Source: Lophium mytilinum
Taxonomy: Eukaryota
Assembly: GCA_010093605.1 (NCBI GenBank)
Contig: MU004186.1
Location: 1,530,616-1,594,615, forward strand
Direction of reading: 5' to 3'
DNA length: 64,000 nucleotides
Shown: piece after piece, positions 38,125-50,890 of the stretch
How the letters are laid out: every line of letters starts with the position of its first letter
Position numbering within the stretch: the first letter of the stretch is position 1
The notes under the pieces: generated by a model
The model's database searches: none
What the model was told of the DNA's origin: nothing
Seen by the model: only the letters and a program-made list of their open reading frames with translations
Translations under genes and position numbers: made by a program

Positions 38125-38995
38125 ATGGCATCCGCAGTAGATCCTCAGGCGGCCCAAGCTCAGGTGGCCAAAGGGCGCATCATTCCCCACATGAACAGCG
38201 AACATGGTGACTCAGTAGGGCTCCCAGTCTCAACTCTTCATCTTCAACTGGTTGGCATTGATTGTATTAAATGATTTGTCGGAAGCCATTATGAGGCCAT
38301 TTCGATGAAAACACAGTCTATGGATGATTGGGGCTTACCACCTCCCAGATAAGCCGCTACCTAGAGCACTACCTCCACGTATCCTCCTTCGCAGCTCGCA
38401 ATGCCAAGCTCGAAGATGTATCGTTCTCTAGCCTCACCATTCGATCTTCCGGCGGCCGCTACACCGTCCCGCTCACTCCGCCCCTCGCCTCCTGGAGCGA
38501 AGCCCGCGAGCGCCTCATCGCCATGGACCAGGATGCCGTGAAAGGCCTTGACCGGAGTCCAATCACCGTGACCACGTACACACCTCCACGGGGTTGGCAC
38601 CTCGGCGTGTTCGTCGCCTGCCTCTTGGGCTACTTCGGCTTTTCGCGCCCGGCGAATTTCCAACCGGGGAGCTACATGTATGAAATCCTCCTGAAGCACG
38701 TGCCGAGTTTCGCCGAGTACATGGCCCCGAAGGCGTACATCGCGCTGGCTGTGATGGTTGCAATTCATGGGACGGAGACGTATCTCATGGCGACAACGAA
38801 GCTGCGGAAGCATTCGGTCCCTGTGGGGAGCTCGTTGTGGTGGACGTGGGTGTCCTCGACTTTCATTGAGGGCTTTTGTGCTTTTCAGAGGTAGAGAGAT
38901 CTAAGTGTGTTTCTTATGACTTTGGTACTGACGTGTCTAGGATTGATGCGATCGTGAGGAAGAGGACCAAGGAGGTTGAAGGCAAAAAGCATTGA
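38125..38995 (+). CDS. DUF2470-domain membrane protein
   Basis: RIIPHMNSEHGDS|ISRYLEHY..VPLTPPLASWSEARERLIAM, followed by hydrophobic helices (IHGTET, WWTWVSSTFIEGF). Exons 38125-38214, 38349-38890, 38941-38995. Confidence 0.85.
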
Positions 38996-39447
38996 TCGTG
39001 TTGCATTAGTAGCGAAGTTGCGTCTTGAAAAGTATGAAGACGATATCATTCACGGTATGAGAGGGCTATGACGAGCCTAGGACTGTGGTATGCTTTCTGA
39101 ATAGGTCTGTGTACACTTTCTTGCCTTTATCATTGCTTCTAGGTCCTTAAAGTGTCTCGTATGGCGTTGTCTGATAATCTTTTCGTGTTGCGCGGCCGCC
39201 CTGTGGGAACACGGAAAGGCTTCATTATAGATCTGTGCACAACTGGCTGCCTCAATAGCCTTTGACAAAAGTGAATGAGATGGAAAACCGTCATTTTGAA
39301 CAGTCAGTAAGCTCGTTGGGCCGCCTCAGCTGCTGGTGCCCACGAACGTCACCTGACCCTCGCTCACTTCACCGCCAGCCATTGCTCTTTCCTTCTTAGC
39401 CTCTTATTACCTCTATCACTCTCTCACCACCACCTCTACACCTCACA

Positions 39448-39486
39448 ACGGCCTATTCTGCCGTCACGGCCTATTCTGCCGTCACG
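39448..39486. repeat. Perfect 18-bp tandem duplication just upstream of the ATG at 39501
   Basis: ACGGCCTATTCTGCCGTC twice, then ACG. Confidence 0.9.
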
Positions 39487-39500
39487 ACGAGCTGTACAAG

Positions 39501-40846
39501 ATGAGCGCCCTCGGTCCCCTCTATAGTTCCGAAACAGCCACCGGAATCACCTGGGGCATGCCAGTCTCAGTCGTCGCACTTGGTGCTAGCCTAGACAGGT
39601 TCACCAAGCTTCTTCCTCAACTTCAGACCCTTCGCCTGTGCCACCGATACGGCAAAGGCGACGACGTGCACCTCACTAAGCTTCCGAACGAGCTACTGGA
39701 AATGGTCATCAACGAGCTTTACCACATTGAGCCCCGCACCACGTGGCCGGAATGGGAACGGGAGCTGAAGTGTTTTGAAGGTAATTGCACGCCTATCTCT
39801 CACTTCGAGGGCCACGACGGGTTGGACCCACATGACCTACTTCTCCAATACTTCGAGCACGAAGACCCTTACTCTCTGCCGGAAAACGAAATTAAAGATC
39901 GGCTGCATGAGGCCCTACTGGCGTACCAGTGGCATCCGCCCACTTCTGTGCGAGAGTCTCACCCTCACTACCAGCGCAAGATGCAGTGGAAGTGTCGGCT
40001 TACGCAGGACCCTCCGGGACCATGCGGTTTCGCAAAGTACGACCATGTGAGTACCCTCGTTCACCGCCGTCAGGAGTACACCCACAGGCTCAAAACAATC
40101 AAGAGCTATTCTCTTGCTGGTCGCTATTAGCCTTTTGGGCCACCTCTTACGGCGTCAACACATTATCACACCAAGAGCTCTACTGACGTAAACTAGATCC
40201 TCAAGGCCCACTTCGGGCTCGAAGCTTTCATTGCTCACAGGAAGGTGCCAGACAAATTGCGATCAACTTTCCCATGCCCAGGCTGGGACAGTCGTTGCAA
40301 CACCACAGTTTGCTACCTTACACTGCCAGAGGGAACAATTAAGCAAGAAGCAGATGACGAAGGGGGTCTGACCGAAGAGCCCGTCTCTAGGCCCAATGGG
40401 TGGAAGAAGTACGGCAACTCGTCATTCATGACATGCTACGTGGACCCAGAGCTGTTGAACATCACGAAGAACCAGAAGTTGCGCTTCAAAAAAGTACAGA
40501 CCGTCCTCGGTATTGGCCCTCAGCTTCACCTAACCGGGCTCACACGCAGCCAAGCGGGTAAAACTACTGCAAAGACCGACGATTGCGCCCTCGAAACTAC
40601 CAAGACCAAGCTGAACAACGCGATCGACCGTCTAGCAGCGAGCAGAGTGCGTCGCGAACACCACGGTGGAGATGCCATCTTAGAAGAAATTGAGACTGGT
40701 GAGTGACCACTCTTCACCCTATTTACTGAATGATGCAATGCTAAAGTCTCACAGTCCTACTCCCCGAACTCTCTGCGCTCATGGAGTGGCCAAAGCTTCT
40801 CAATGTTGCCAAGACCACATTCGGTCTGCAGGTCCGTCGTGACTGA
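39501..40846 (+). CDS. F-box-like hypothetical protein, paralog 1 of 3
   Basis: WGMPV..LGASL..TLRLCHRYGKGDDVHLTKLPNELLEMVINEL. Exons 39501-40046, 40197-40698, 40755-40846 splice in frame (KYDH|ILKAHFGLEA; ..WPKLL). Confidence 0.8.
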
Positions 40847-41115
40847 CAGTCCCTTGCCAATGTTTGAGGGCCTCTAGTAGAGCCATCAATAGCTGGGCAG
40901 GATGCAAGGTTTCGGGACGGGGGATTGTGGGCGGATTTCTGAGGGCTTTGGATCGATCAGTTTGCTGACTCAGGCCACCTCAGGCGCTGCCAGACCATGA
41001 TGCCCCTTCCTAATCTTGCGCTAAAATTCTCTTTCCATCTTACAGGCGTTTCGATATCCACCTCATGACATGCAGGTAGATTCATATCAATTTTACATTC
41101 ATTTCTTTATCAAAC

Positions 41116-41367
41116 ATGCCTCTGCGCGTTCTCCCGAGGTGGGTTACCACTGTTTGAGGTGCGTCAATATATTTTCGAAAACTGAGATTCGATGTAAGGT
41201 TTGTGGCCCTCGGATCTATACGAACTACGCGATGCCTTTGATGCGCATTCTCCCGTGGGGTGTTACCACTGTTTGAGGTGCTCCAACTTACTTTCGATAA
41301 CATAGATCCGATGTAAGGTTTGTGACCCTCGAATCTGGACGAATCATGCGATGCGTTTGCTCGTTCG
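41116..41367. repeat. Diverged tandem duplication, 119-bp period, ~2 copies
   Basis: TTACCACTGTTTGAGGTGC at 41144 and 41263; CGATGTAAGGTTTGTG.CCCTCG in both units. Confidence 0.92.
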
Positions 41368-41879
41368 GCCACCCCTTGAGCCAACTCACACGTATCGCCC
41401 ATCGAGTAGCTCAAACCCACCAACGTCAGCATCCATCATCCTACACACGCTAATTTCTCCAAAGCATCAATGGAGGTCAATGATCCATTGATAATGTGAG
41501 TCAATCGGCATCGTGGAGGTTGTGTGGATCACATGACACCAGGGGCTCTAAATCGACCTCACTTCTACTTCCATCCTCCTCCATCACCACAACCTGTCAC
41601 CTCCACAGCATCCCATCGCCGTATCGGATCTCCGGTGAGTTCAAGTCCTCCTGTATGCTGATTGTATCGCTGACATCGCTTCTCTTTGATAGCAGTCTCC
41701 CAGGTGACGACCTAGTCGGGCATTCATTGCACGGCTTGGACATCTCTGATCGGGCTGCATCGCATCTCAGGTGAGCTAAAAAGCTCTTTCAGGCTCATCC
41801 TATCACTAACAACATCCTGCTTAGCTAGCAGGTTCATGGGTGACACGTAGTCAGCTGCTCATCGATCTCGTTAGACACG

Positions 41880-43201
41880 ATGTGTCGTCCCATCACCGAG
41901 GCGGACTCGTCAGCCCAGACAGTCTCCGGCATCATTTGGGCTATGCCAGTCAACATTGCACAGCTCGGAGCTCACCTTCAAGCCTACGATGAAACCAACG
42001 TCGTCACTATACGTTCTTGTCATAGCTTCGGACAAGGAGATGATGTTCACATCAATAAGTTGCCGCTGGAGATTCTCGAGAGGATTATCGAAGAAGTGCA
42101 ATTCTCCGCTCGTGTTACAGCCTTTGAGAGCTGGAACCACCACTTTCTATGCTTCCAGAAACGATGCTGCTCAGAGGATCATCTAAGGAACTTAGATCCA
42201 GAAGAATTCAAAGCGACCAAGTGGCAATATCGTCAATTTCCAGACCTCGATAGCTGTGATCCAGCAGGCTACAAGAGCCTCCGCCTTGCTTGGTATCCAT
42301 CTTCAAGAGAAGAAGCTGGTCCTCGATGCATTGCTCAGAGAGACCAATGGGCATCATTCATTTGTCAGTGTCCCGTCACGCACGAAAGCACCAAAGCTGG
42401 TGCTTTTGTGAAATACGACGAGGTACGTTCCCCATTGTAGGGTATAGCGGCACCGTGACGACGAGCTTACAGCGGTGCTGACCAGATTTTAAAATCCGAA
42501 TTTGGCCTTGAGGCACTTATCTTCTCCCACGAAATCGACAGAAAGCTGAACATGGGCGGCCACGTTGCATCGTCAACTAGATACCATACCACCACATGTT
42601 ATCTCATCCTACCGGCCCGCTTGTCCCGAGATATCATCCGCCACAGGGAACACACTCCTGAGTCCCCAGAATGCGCTCAGGGACTATTCAATCAACGCTG
42701 GGGAGACACGATTAGCAACACTCTGAGTAGCTCAGTCATTGACCCATCATCTCTGAGCATTACGGCGGAACAGAGGTCACGATTCGGGAAAGTGAGGCGA
42801 CTACTCGGTCTCAAACCATACGTACCCTCCGCGCAACTTAATGACGCTCTGTCCGCGTACTGTCCGGCGGAGTCAAACAGTGGAATAGGCTTCAGACCAA
42901 AGCTTGATATTGAACCGTACCTTGGATGGAAGATGAACGAATGGGCGGAGAAATTGGCTGCGCGTCGGGAAGCCATTGAGGCACACAACAAGAGTATGTA
43001 CTTCGTTGTTCTTTTGGGTTTCGATACTGACTAGGCTCGGTAGTGATCGAGAATCTGACCTGGCCGCAGCTAATCAGCTTTGCGAAGTCGGACTTCTATT
43101 CGCGTGGCAGCTGGCATGGTGCCTCCTCGCTAGGATCTCCTCGTTTTCCGGATTCTGAGCCTTCCTGCGGAGACCGCCCTGAAGGTCACTCGATCGAATA
43201 G
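41880..43201 (+). CDS. F-box-like hypothetical protein, paralog 2 of 3
   Basis: WAMPV..LGAHL..TIRSCHSFGQGDDVHINKLPLEILERIIEEV. Exons 41880-42422, 42486-42993, ~43044-43201 (KYDE|ILKSEFGLEA; ..WPQLI); intron positions match paralog 1. Confidence 0.8.
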
Positions 43202-44230
43202 TTACAGCTAGTGATTCGTGTATCGGCTTCCCACACCCTTTCTTGATTGCAGTTCGACAATACTTAGCGGCCGGGCACATTCTTTCGGACCCGTGTCTGA
43301 TGACCATGCTCGAAGCTTGCTTTTCTAGATGCTCAGATCAAGAAACTGGCACATGAGGATTCGGATGCAAATGCTGTCTTTAATTTATGGCGGAAGCGTC
43401 GCACCTATGGTATCTTATGTTGCGGTCTTCACAACTTCATTGATCCACAAAACTTCTGGGTCGAACGAAGTAGTAGGTACGACTTGCGAAATAAGGCTTC
43501 AATCTCTTTCCAATTCATCTCGATAGTCATTCATATTTCTTACAAACACGGAGATTACGTGACTTTCTTATGAAACAGTCGACGCTCTTTGCAATGTTTC
43601 CATTGTGCAGAGTAGACCGACTCGTCCCCATGCGTGGTTGTAAGAGGAGCCCTCATGAGTAAAACAACAGTAACTAAATATGCTTTACTTTACTTTCCAC
43701 ACTCGAGATGCTTGTAGTGACTATCCCCTATTGGTCCACGGAGATGATGACGATACCATCCTTAGGGTGATTCCCTCGCGCAGCGACTGAATTCCATAGA
43801 CTCGAAAGCTGATTGAGCTCCGGCCAGTAAGGTTTCCCCAAATCGACTAAGTTTCTGGAATTGAGCTGGTCCATCCTAAGTTGGTGATAAAGATGTGTCG
43901 AGCTCTCTGAATTTACAGTAGGATCGCGCAGACTCAAGAGTCAACTTATGTCGCACTGGTGAGGTCTAGCAAGCATCTCATGTGTATTTTAAGACTTATA
44001 AATTGAACTGAAGGAAACTACCCTTAAAAGTGGCATTTTCGGGCCTAGCAATTGCAAGTTCGTGGTGTGATCCCATGACACGCTGGAGCTCCCAGCCATG
44101 GTTCACCTGCATGGAGTCGTACGGTCCATGGTTTACCTCGCTTTCTCCTCTTCTTGCTCCACAGTCGGAGCTGTTGCATTACCTTCTGCCTTCACCAAAC
44201 TCCAAAATCATTACCAAGCAAGGAAACACA

Positions 44231-44797
44231 ATGTGTCGTCCACCAGGCCAGTCAGACAGCCCATTTCAAACTATCTTGGGACTGGTCTGGGCCATGCCGG
44301 TCGACATCGCTCGTTTCGGAGCCCACCTTGAAGCTTACGTGGCGTCTAGTCCTGGGATTCAAGCCCTGAGGCTTTGCTGTCGATTCGGAGAAGGCGTCAA
44401 TGTTTACATCAACAAGCTGCCGGAAGAACTCATCGCAAGCGTCATTGTAGAGCTGCAGCGACCAGCGCGCGCGATTGCATTCGCTGAATGGAGCACAGGA
44501 TTTAAGTGCTTTCGAAAAGATTGCTCCATGCAGAACCACATGAATGGAGACTTTCTGAGAGAGGTTCAAGCGGAGTACCGCCTGGAACACATCAGCCCTG
44601 GACAGCTACAGGAACCTACCCAGACAGAACTTCTAGAATTCATGGCGAAGAAGAGGAGTTCGTCGGAACTCAATTTCTGTTGCTTGAGGCGGATTCTGCG
44701 AAATGCCAGGATCAAAAATCAGCATGGATTCAGAAAGTCTGTCAATGCCAAGGTATGGCATCGTCTGCGGAAGGGATTCTTTCTGAAATTTGACAGG
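44231..44797 (+). pseudogene. F-box-like paralog 3, exon 1 only (3' part missing)
   Basis: MCRPP..WAMPVDIARFGAHL..ALRLCCRFGEGVNVYINKLPEELIASVIVEL..KFDR then a GTATGT donor; no ILKxxFGLEA exon 2 follows. Confidence 0.7.
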
Positions 44798-44849
44798 GTA
44801 TGTTGAAGCCTTCTGCTTCGAAATTGCATCGAGCTGATTCAAGATTTCT

Positions 44850-45116
44850 TCAAACTTGTCCTGTGCCCCACTTCGACGTAAAATGGATATCCTCCATGAG
44901 CCTATTCTGATTCACTTTCAGGCTCGCAAGATCCTTCTCGTTTGTTTCTTTCGTATGCAATTGCCATCGTGAAGAGCTTGAGAGTACCCTGCATCCAATT
45001 GGTCCCGAGAGAGTGCCCAAAGCTCCGAGGCGTGACCTCGAATAGCTCCGTCGTGCAAGGCGAAAAGCTGTTGCAGACAGCTTCATCCCTGGTACTGCCA
45101 TGTTGTGCAAGTTCAT
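44850..45116 (-). pseudogene. N-terminal fragment of an M20 hydantoinase/carbamoylase (beta-alanine synthase-like) amidohydrolase
   Basis: Arg/Ser-rich presequence-like segment, then LASLKVNQNRLMEDIHFTSKWGTG, which matches the N-terminus of fungal members as I recall it; ends at TGA with no downstream exons. Confidence 0.7.
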
Positions 45117-45691
45117 TGGAGTTTAGGTTCCATGGGGGGTGCAGTTGATATAACAAGCGAGCGGTTGCTGTGGACCTCTGGTGACATAATGTAGTTCTAG
45201 CGGGGATCTCCTATATCCGATAAGGTTGTTTTTAGCATAACCCCTCACGCCCCTGTAACTCTCCTGATATTACGAGAATTGAGGCCTCTTTTGCTGGCCA
45301 GACATACATATAACGCTTTATCTAAAGCCTTGCTTCCAAAGTCTTTTTTCTCTCTCGATCATTGCACCACCTCAAAAGCGTCTCATCAGGATCAAACTCT
45401 AACTTGCTTTTTAAATGTCTTAGACGCTATGGAAGCTCTTTAGTTGAGTGAGCTGCAATTGTAAAATGATGCTATTCAGGAGAGCAGCTTGACAAGCAAA
45501 GTGTGGGCTAAAGGAGCGGATTTCTCCGCTGTTGCACGGGAATGTCCAATTTCCTTTAGAAAATGTAGAAAGTTGAACAGGCAATGCATTAGACCCCTGA
45601 CCAGATACTTCGTAATAAGGGTATTGCACTAGCAACCTTTGACGTCGTGAAATCCTAGGACCGTGAACTTCCCTTACGCCTTACAGCCCAT

Positions 45692-46570
45692 CTAAAGCCA
45701 CTTCGAGAACCACTTAATCGCTTGCTCCTTCGCATCATCAGCGCCTTGCACATCCGCAGTTCCAGGTCTCGCCCTTGCTGCAAAGCCATGGGCGCAGCCC
45801 TTGTAAGTGATGAACTCGTAGTTGTATCCGTTCTCTCCATTTCCTGTCGCGTTGTACTTCTGCTTGAGCTCAGCCTCAGCAGTATCCATCTTCGCCGTCG
45901 ACCAGTTGAAGTCGTTCTCCGCGTGCGCCAGCGAGTATGGCACCTTGTATGTGGTGATGGCAGCCACGACCTGTTCCGGGCCCTTCAGGGCAGATGGATG
46001 TGCGCAGAATTGCGCATCAATCAATTGCTCCGAGCCTCCTTCCACCGCCGGCTCGACGCACAGATTTGTGCTGCCATATCCACCCCAGCAGAATCCACAG
46101 ACGCCGAGCTTGCCGCCCGGTGGTATATCTGCCTTCAATTTGCGGGCATATTCGAGTTCGCTCTTGAAGATGTGGGCTTTGTCGGGAGACGCTTTGAGCA
46201 TGAACGGGACGAAGTGCCTCGCTGCATTGGCGACTGACCAGATCCGGGACAGCTGTCCGAGGATGTCCCACCATTTCACGGGCTTCATCACATTGTCCAT
46301 ATGGGCGATGACGGCAGGCTCCACGCCATGGCCTGGGATGATGTCTGGGATGACGACGCGATGGCCAGTGCGGAGGGCGTAGTCGTCGGCGAGAAGCTTG
46401 TTGTTGACAAGTTTGAGGCCGAAGGCGTCGGTGATGAAGAGGATGGTAGATTTAGAGGTTGTGGAGGAGGGAGGAAGTGCGACATAGGTGGTGACGCCGT
46501 AGAGGGTGGTGAGTGCACCTTTGGGCTCGCCTTTGGCTTGTCCGCCTCGGAAACAGTCAGGACAGGACAT
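45692..46570 (-). CDS. Dienelactone hydrolase family alpha/beta hydrolase
   Basis: MSCPDCFRG start, ITDAFG, nucleophile motif GFCWGG, AHPS, HGFAAR; single exon, 292 aa. Confidence 0.93.
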   Translation of the reverse strand: MSCPDCFRGGQAKGEPKGALTTLYGVTTYVALPPSSTTSKSTILFITDAFGLKLVNNKLLADDYALRTGHRVVIPDIIPGHGVEPAVIAHMDNVMKPVKWWDILGQLSRIWSVANAARHFVPFMLKASPDKAHIFKSELEYARKLKADIPPGGKLGVCGFCWGGYGSTNLCVEPAVEGGSEQLIDAQFCAHPSALKGPEQVVAAITTYKVPYSLAHAENDFNWSTAKMDTAEAELKQKYNATGNGENGYNYEFITYKGCAHGFAARARPGTADVQGADDAKEQAIKWFSKWL

Positions 46571-49294
46571 TGTGAGTTAATTGAAAGGTGAATTGGGCGA
46601 ATGCGAAATATTTATAGCAAGGTTGGAGTTTGTAGAGGTTGAGTGCGTCTTCATGGTGATGTATACCTAGCTTCGCGTCGATCCCCGCCTCTATGCCGGT
46701 GATAACGGTAATAAAGCAACGCGAGGACGACGGTAGTACAGAAGAGGCTAGTGTCGCGCTTTCACTCCCTCAAAACTCCACTCAGGCCATGCTCCAATAT
46801 GGAAATCGCTGTCCTGATTCGCAGGAGCGGCGTAAAGTCTTTCCGTCAGATACCTGGACAGCCTCACAATTTGGAGCCTTATCGCAATAGACGAACGAGT
46901 ACATAAGCGCTATAGAAGCTAGCGTCATCCTTCACCTACCTATACAAAGGTACAGCTGATAGAATTCCCAGATCTGTTTTACTTTGGTGTGGCGGTCTTC
47001 GGTATCAGTGTGGCTCCGAAAACTCTCGCGGAAGTGCTGATCCCCGAGTCGCACTCCAGGAACGTTCATGCAGCATGCAGTTGCTTCATCATTCTCGCCT
47101 CCACGATTGGTCGTCGAGTTGCTTGTGAAACCGGTTTGTCCTGCATTAAATTCGAAGTGTGAGGTAGAGGTACGTGCCGAGGGATGATATACTGGTAGGT
47201 TTTGAATAGGAAGAACGAGATAACCTCCATTTAGTGTCTCGTTTTCGGCTATACCCATCAACTGGAGGTCCAAACAAGGTTGCTGAAGCATACAGCTATG
47301 TCGGCACCTACAGTCTTTAGATCACATCGTGGAGTACATTCCGAAGAGACTGCGTTATGTACAAAGCTTGATTCATAGCCTACGCAGATCGCGACCAGGG
47401 ACTTCTCCAGACTTGCAGGGTTCGCCTCCACTTCCAGCTCCATGTCACTCTTACTCCTCTGATCGACGTCGACTCAGCTGCATATCAGACGCCTCTTAAT
47501 GGAGAGGCTGTGAGCAGAATCTGACAGCAGTTTCGTCGAGCATCACCGCCAGCCATCTGTTACTCTAATCGTACTCGTAAATCGACCCGAGGAAACGCAA
47601 AGTCACGCTTCTCGAGGCTAAACATTAGCCTTCCAAACTCCACTAGCCGACCTTCAAACCTGCTTGTTCAACAGGTACCCGAAGCCGCTTGCAAAAATTA
47701 AACTTCTGTCTGGTAGAAAGTTAGAGTTGGTATTACGACTGTATATGACGACGTGGAGCAGCCCAACTCAGGGGACAGTCACCCTTCCATTACTTCCCGT
47801 TCTCTGTTCTCTGCAGGCGGGACGTGATTACGTTGCAGAATGTTTCAGGATCATCAGCACGTGAGAAGCGACCCCTCATGACAGTTCGCTTCTGAAGCGA
47901 CTTGGTGGGCGGTCGAGGTCCAAAAGATGCCTCTTTGGCTTTTCATGACTCGCGCTATACGAATTACAAGCGCATCTGCCAGCTCTGAACCCTTTCACTC
48001 TGAAGAGCGGGAGGCACGTGGAAGGGTCTGGAACAGGAGTACAAGTCCCGTAGGTCGCCGGTCATAGTTCTAGGCGTTATAATTCTGCGACCATTGACCT
48101 CGCCCTACGGCACAGGGACCGAAAGTAACAGCCACATGGCGACGAGCGACGAAAGTCTAGCGGCAAATCATCGTGGCGAAAATGGTCTGTGAGAGCAAGG
48201 AGAACTTAGCAAGCATCTCCTGCCGGAGCGCGCGGACGCCTTTTCATTTGACAGCCAGCCATGCCGATGAATCCCCATAACCGAACCGTTGACGCAAGCA
48301 AAAAGAGACGCCACAAGTCTACCGGATGCTGCTAAAGGGAAAAGCTCGCTCCGGGCCTAAGCTGATATCGTACCAGAATCCCGGAGCCCGACGATCCGCA
48401 CAGGGTCACATCGCGATTCTCCTCGCCCTTTAGCCCGAGATGCCACCGGCCTGTGCGTGTGGAGAAGGGTGCCTGCCGAGGGTTCCGTATGCTACCTAGC
48501 GACCTCCAGTCAGTGTTAGGGAATCTCATACGTACTTTCTTTCAGCCTAAATGATCGCAATGGATGCTAATGATTCTGCGGCACGTAGCGTTGCAAATAC
48601 AAACCTTAACACTGTCTCCACCAGGAAAACAGCTCATCGAAAGTTTTGAGAGAAGATTAAGGTTCGATAGTGTGCGTGTCTGCGAGAACAACGCGCCTTT
48701 CAACGCCACAGAAGACGCATCGCCAGGGTGAGTCCATGCAGAGAATCCCTCCGCCCCTGGCGACGCGGCCAAGGAGACGCCTAGGGCTCCAGAACATGCA
48801 TATAGTGTTTTCAGTCTTCGCCATTCAGCCAGACCGGGCACACCTCCGCTCCCGCCGGCGTCGTTCTCAACCACTTCCAACGCTCCTAGGCGACGCGAAG
48901 TTCCTCCGATCCTGTACGAAAAGGGTCCAGCAACGGCGTATGACAGACTGACCTATGACGGACAGACACTCCGCAGCATCGACGCCATCACCACATCACT
49001 TCCACATGGTTGCAACGCCAAGGGGTCCAGATGCTGAACTTTCTGACAGGAACACCTTGCGGCCTTCAGATCCACTTCCCAAACGGATCGGACAGGGCTT
49101 CCTCGACTTGCATTCATGTGGAGGCGGTCCGAGCTGCACTGGCCGCCCTACCACATGGCAGGTACCCGGCTACTGGTATGCGGCGTTCACGGGGGGCCTA
49201 CATAATCTGTACCAATGCCCTGCTGTTGTTCGAAAAATCATTTTGACATTTTTCAGCCTTGTTGCCCCGGTCCTGCTTGTGAGACCTTGAGAAT

Positions 49295-49344
49295 AGCGGC
49301 ATTGCTCCAAGTTCATACAAGCGGCATTGTTCCAACTTCATACA
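49295..49344. repeat. 25-bp tandem duplication in the 5' region of the PTH11-like gene
   Basis: AGCGGCATTGCTCCAAGTTCATACA followed by AGCGGCATTGTTCCAACTTCATACA. Confidence 0.88.
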
Positions 49345-49417
49345 CCTTGAAAACCCTTCTCTCCCTTTCATAGTCTACCCCTCTCTCTCTTTCATAGTTC
49401 CTCCTCTTTCTTCTATC

Positions 49418-50618
49418 ATGGCTGTTCCAGAAGGGGCACCGGGCCCCGATGTCTCCATCGCCCACAAGTTCCTCGGTCCTACTGCTGCATTTCTTGCGCT
49501 GGATATCATCCTCTATATCGCCCGCATGTACACTCGCCTCTGGCCCAACCGGCGACTAGGAATGGACGACCTAACAGCCACAATGTCAATGGTAAGTTGC
49601 ACCCCTGAGAATATCCTCAGCCCAATGAACCAGCCACTCACCTCTCCCGCTGCAGTTCCTCATGATAATCGTCTGGGCCCTCACCGCGCGCGCCGTCGAC
49701 TTCGGCATGGGCCGCCACAACTTCTACGTCTCGGCCGAAGACCAAACCCGCGCCGCGCACCTCCTGTTCGCCGTGCAGCCGCTCTGGGCGTGGAGCGTCG
49801 GGCTAGGCAAGATCAGCATGGCGTGCATGCTGCTGCGCATCATGCGCTCCAAAGCCTGGCGCGTCTTCCTCTATATCATCATCGGCATCCAGCTCGTGTC
49901 CACGACGGCCTTCATGTTCGTCGTGCTGCTGCAGTGCCGCCCGCTCTCCGGCATGTGGGCCCCCAGGGCCTCTGACAACTGCTGGGGCCCGCTGCCAACC
50001 CAGATCGCGCTGTATGTCAACGGCGCGGTGTCGATCATCACGGACTTCATCTTCACGTTCCTGCCCTTGACCTTTATTAGCAAGATGAATCTGCCGCTGC
50101 GGCAGAAGGTCGTGCTGGGGGCGCTCATGGGCATGGGGCTGTTTGCGACGGCTGCCGGCATTGTCAAGTTGACGCTTGTGAAGACGTACACGAACGGGGG
50201 CGATACGCTGTACAAGATGGTCGACCTTTACATGTGGGGCTATCTGGAGCAGGAGATGAGCATCATTGCGCTGTGTGTGCCGTGTCTGAAGGCGCTATTC
50301 GAGAAGATCCTACGAAGGCTGAGGCTGGTGTCGAGCAGCGGGGGTCGGTCCAGCGAGCAGAAGAGCCGGAGTGGGTATATCAATTTTGGCAACAGCCAGA
50401 AAAGCAACCCGTATGCCACACAGAAGAGCGGTACGTTTGGCGTTACCAGTCAGGCTGCGCACGAGCTGGACGTGGTCAAGCAGAAGAAGAGAGGCGATGT
50501 GGAAACGCAGAGCCAGGAGACGATTTTGCAGAAAGATGGGCATATTATGAAGACGACGGAGGTGACATTTGAAACGGAGACGGTGAAGGATTTTGACGCT
50601 AGTAGTTCGGAGAGGTGA
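49418..50618 (+). CDS. PTH11-like seven-TM integral membrane protein (fungal rhodopsin-like domain), no CFEM
   Basis: RMYTR..GMDD, GMGRH, KISMACMLLRI, LLQCRPLSGMW, ITDFIFTFLP, E..MSIIALCVPCLK; intron 49592-49655. Confidence 0.92.
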
Positions 50619-50890
50619 TTGTTTTTTACATTTTTGTGCATAGCGATGGCGTTTGGGAAGGTCAGGCATGTTAATTCGCGATGACTTTGAAAGTAACATG
50701 AGATTAAATACCCACACGCAACTTGATAACGGCGCGTAATAATAGACAATCCAAGCTACAAAGAGAATTGCGGCGGAACGTTACCAGTGAACGTGCTAGC
50801 CGTAACGACGAGAAAGGGGTACGAGCTTCTTGGATATCTGGCCCGTCGGTGATAAATTGCAGTATCAAATCGCTGGTATGACAAATACCT

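Noticed and set aside
46932..47443. Two short - strand ORFs in the long intergenic region
   Set aside because: No recognisable family or convincing gene structure.
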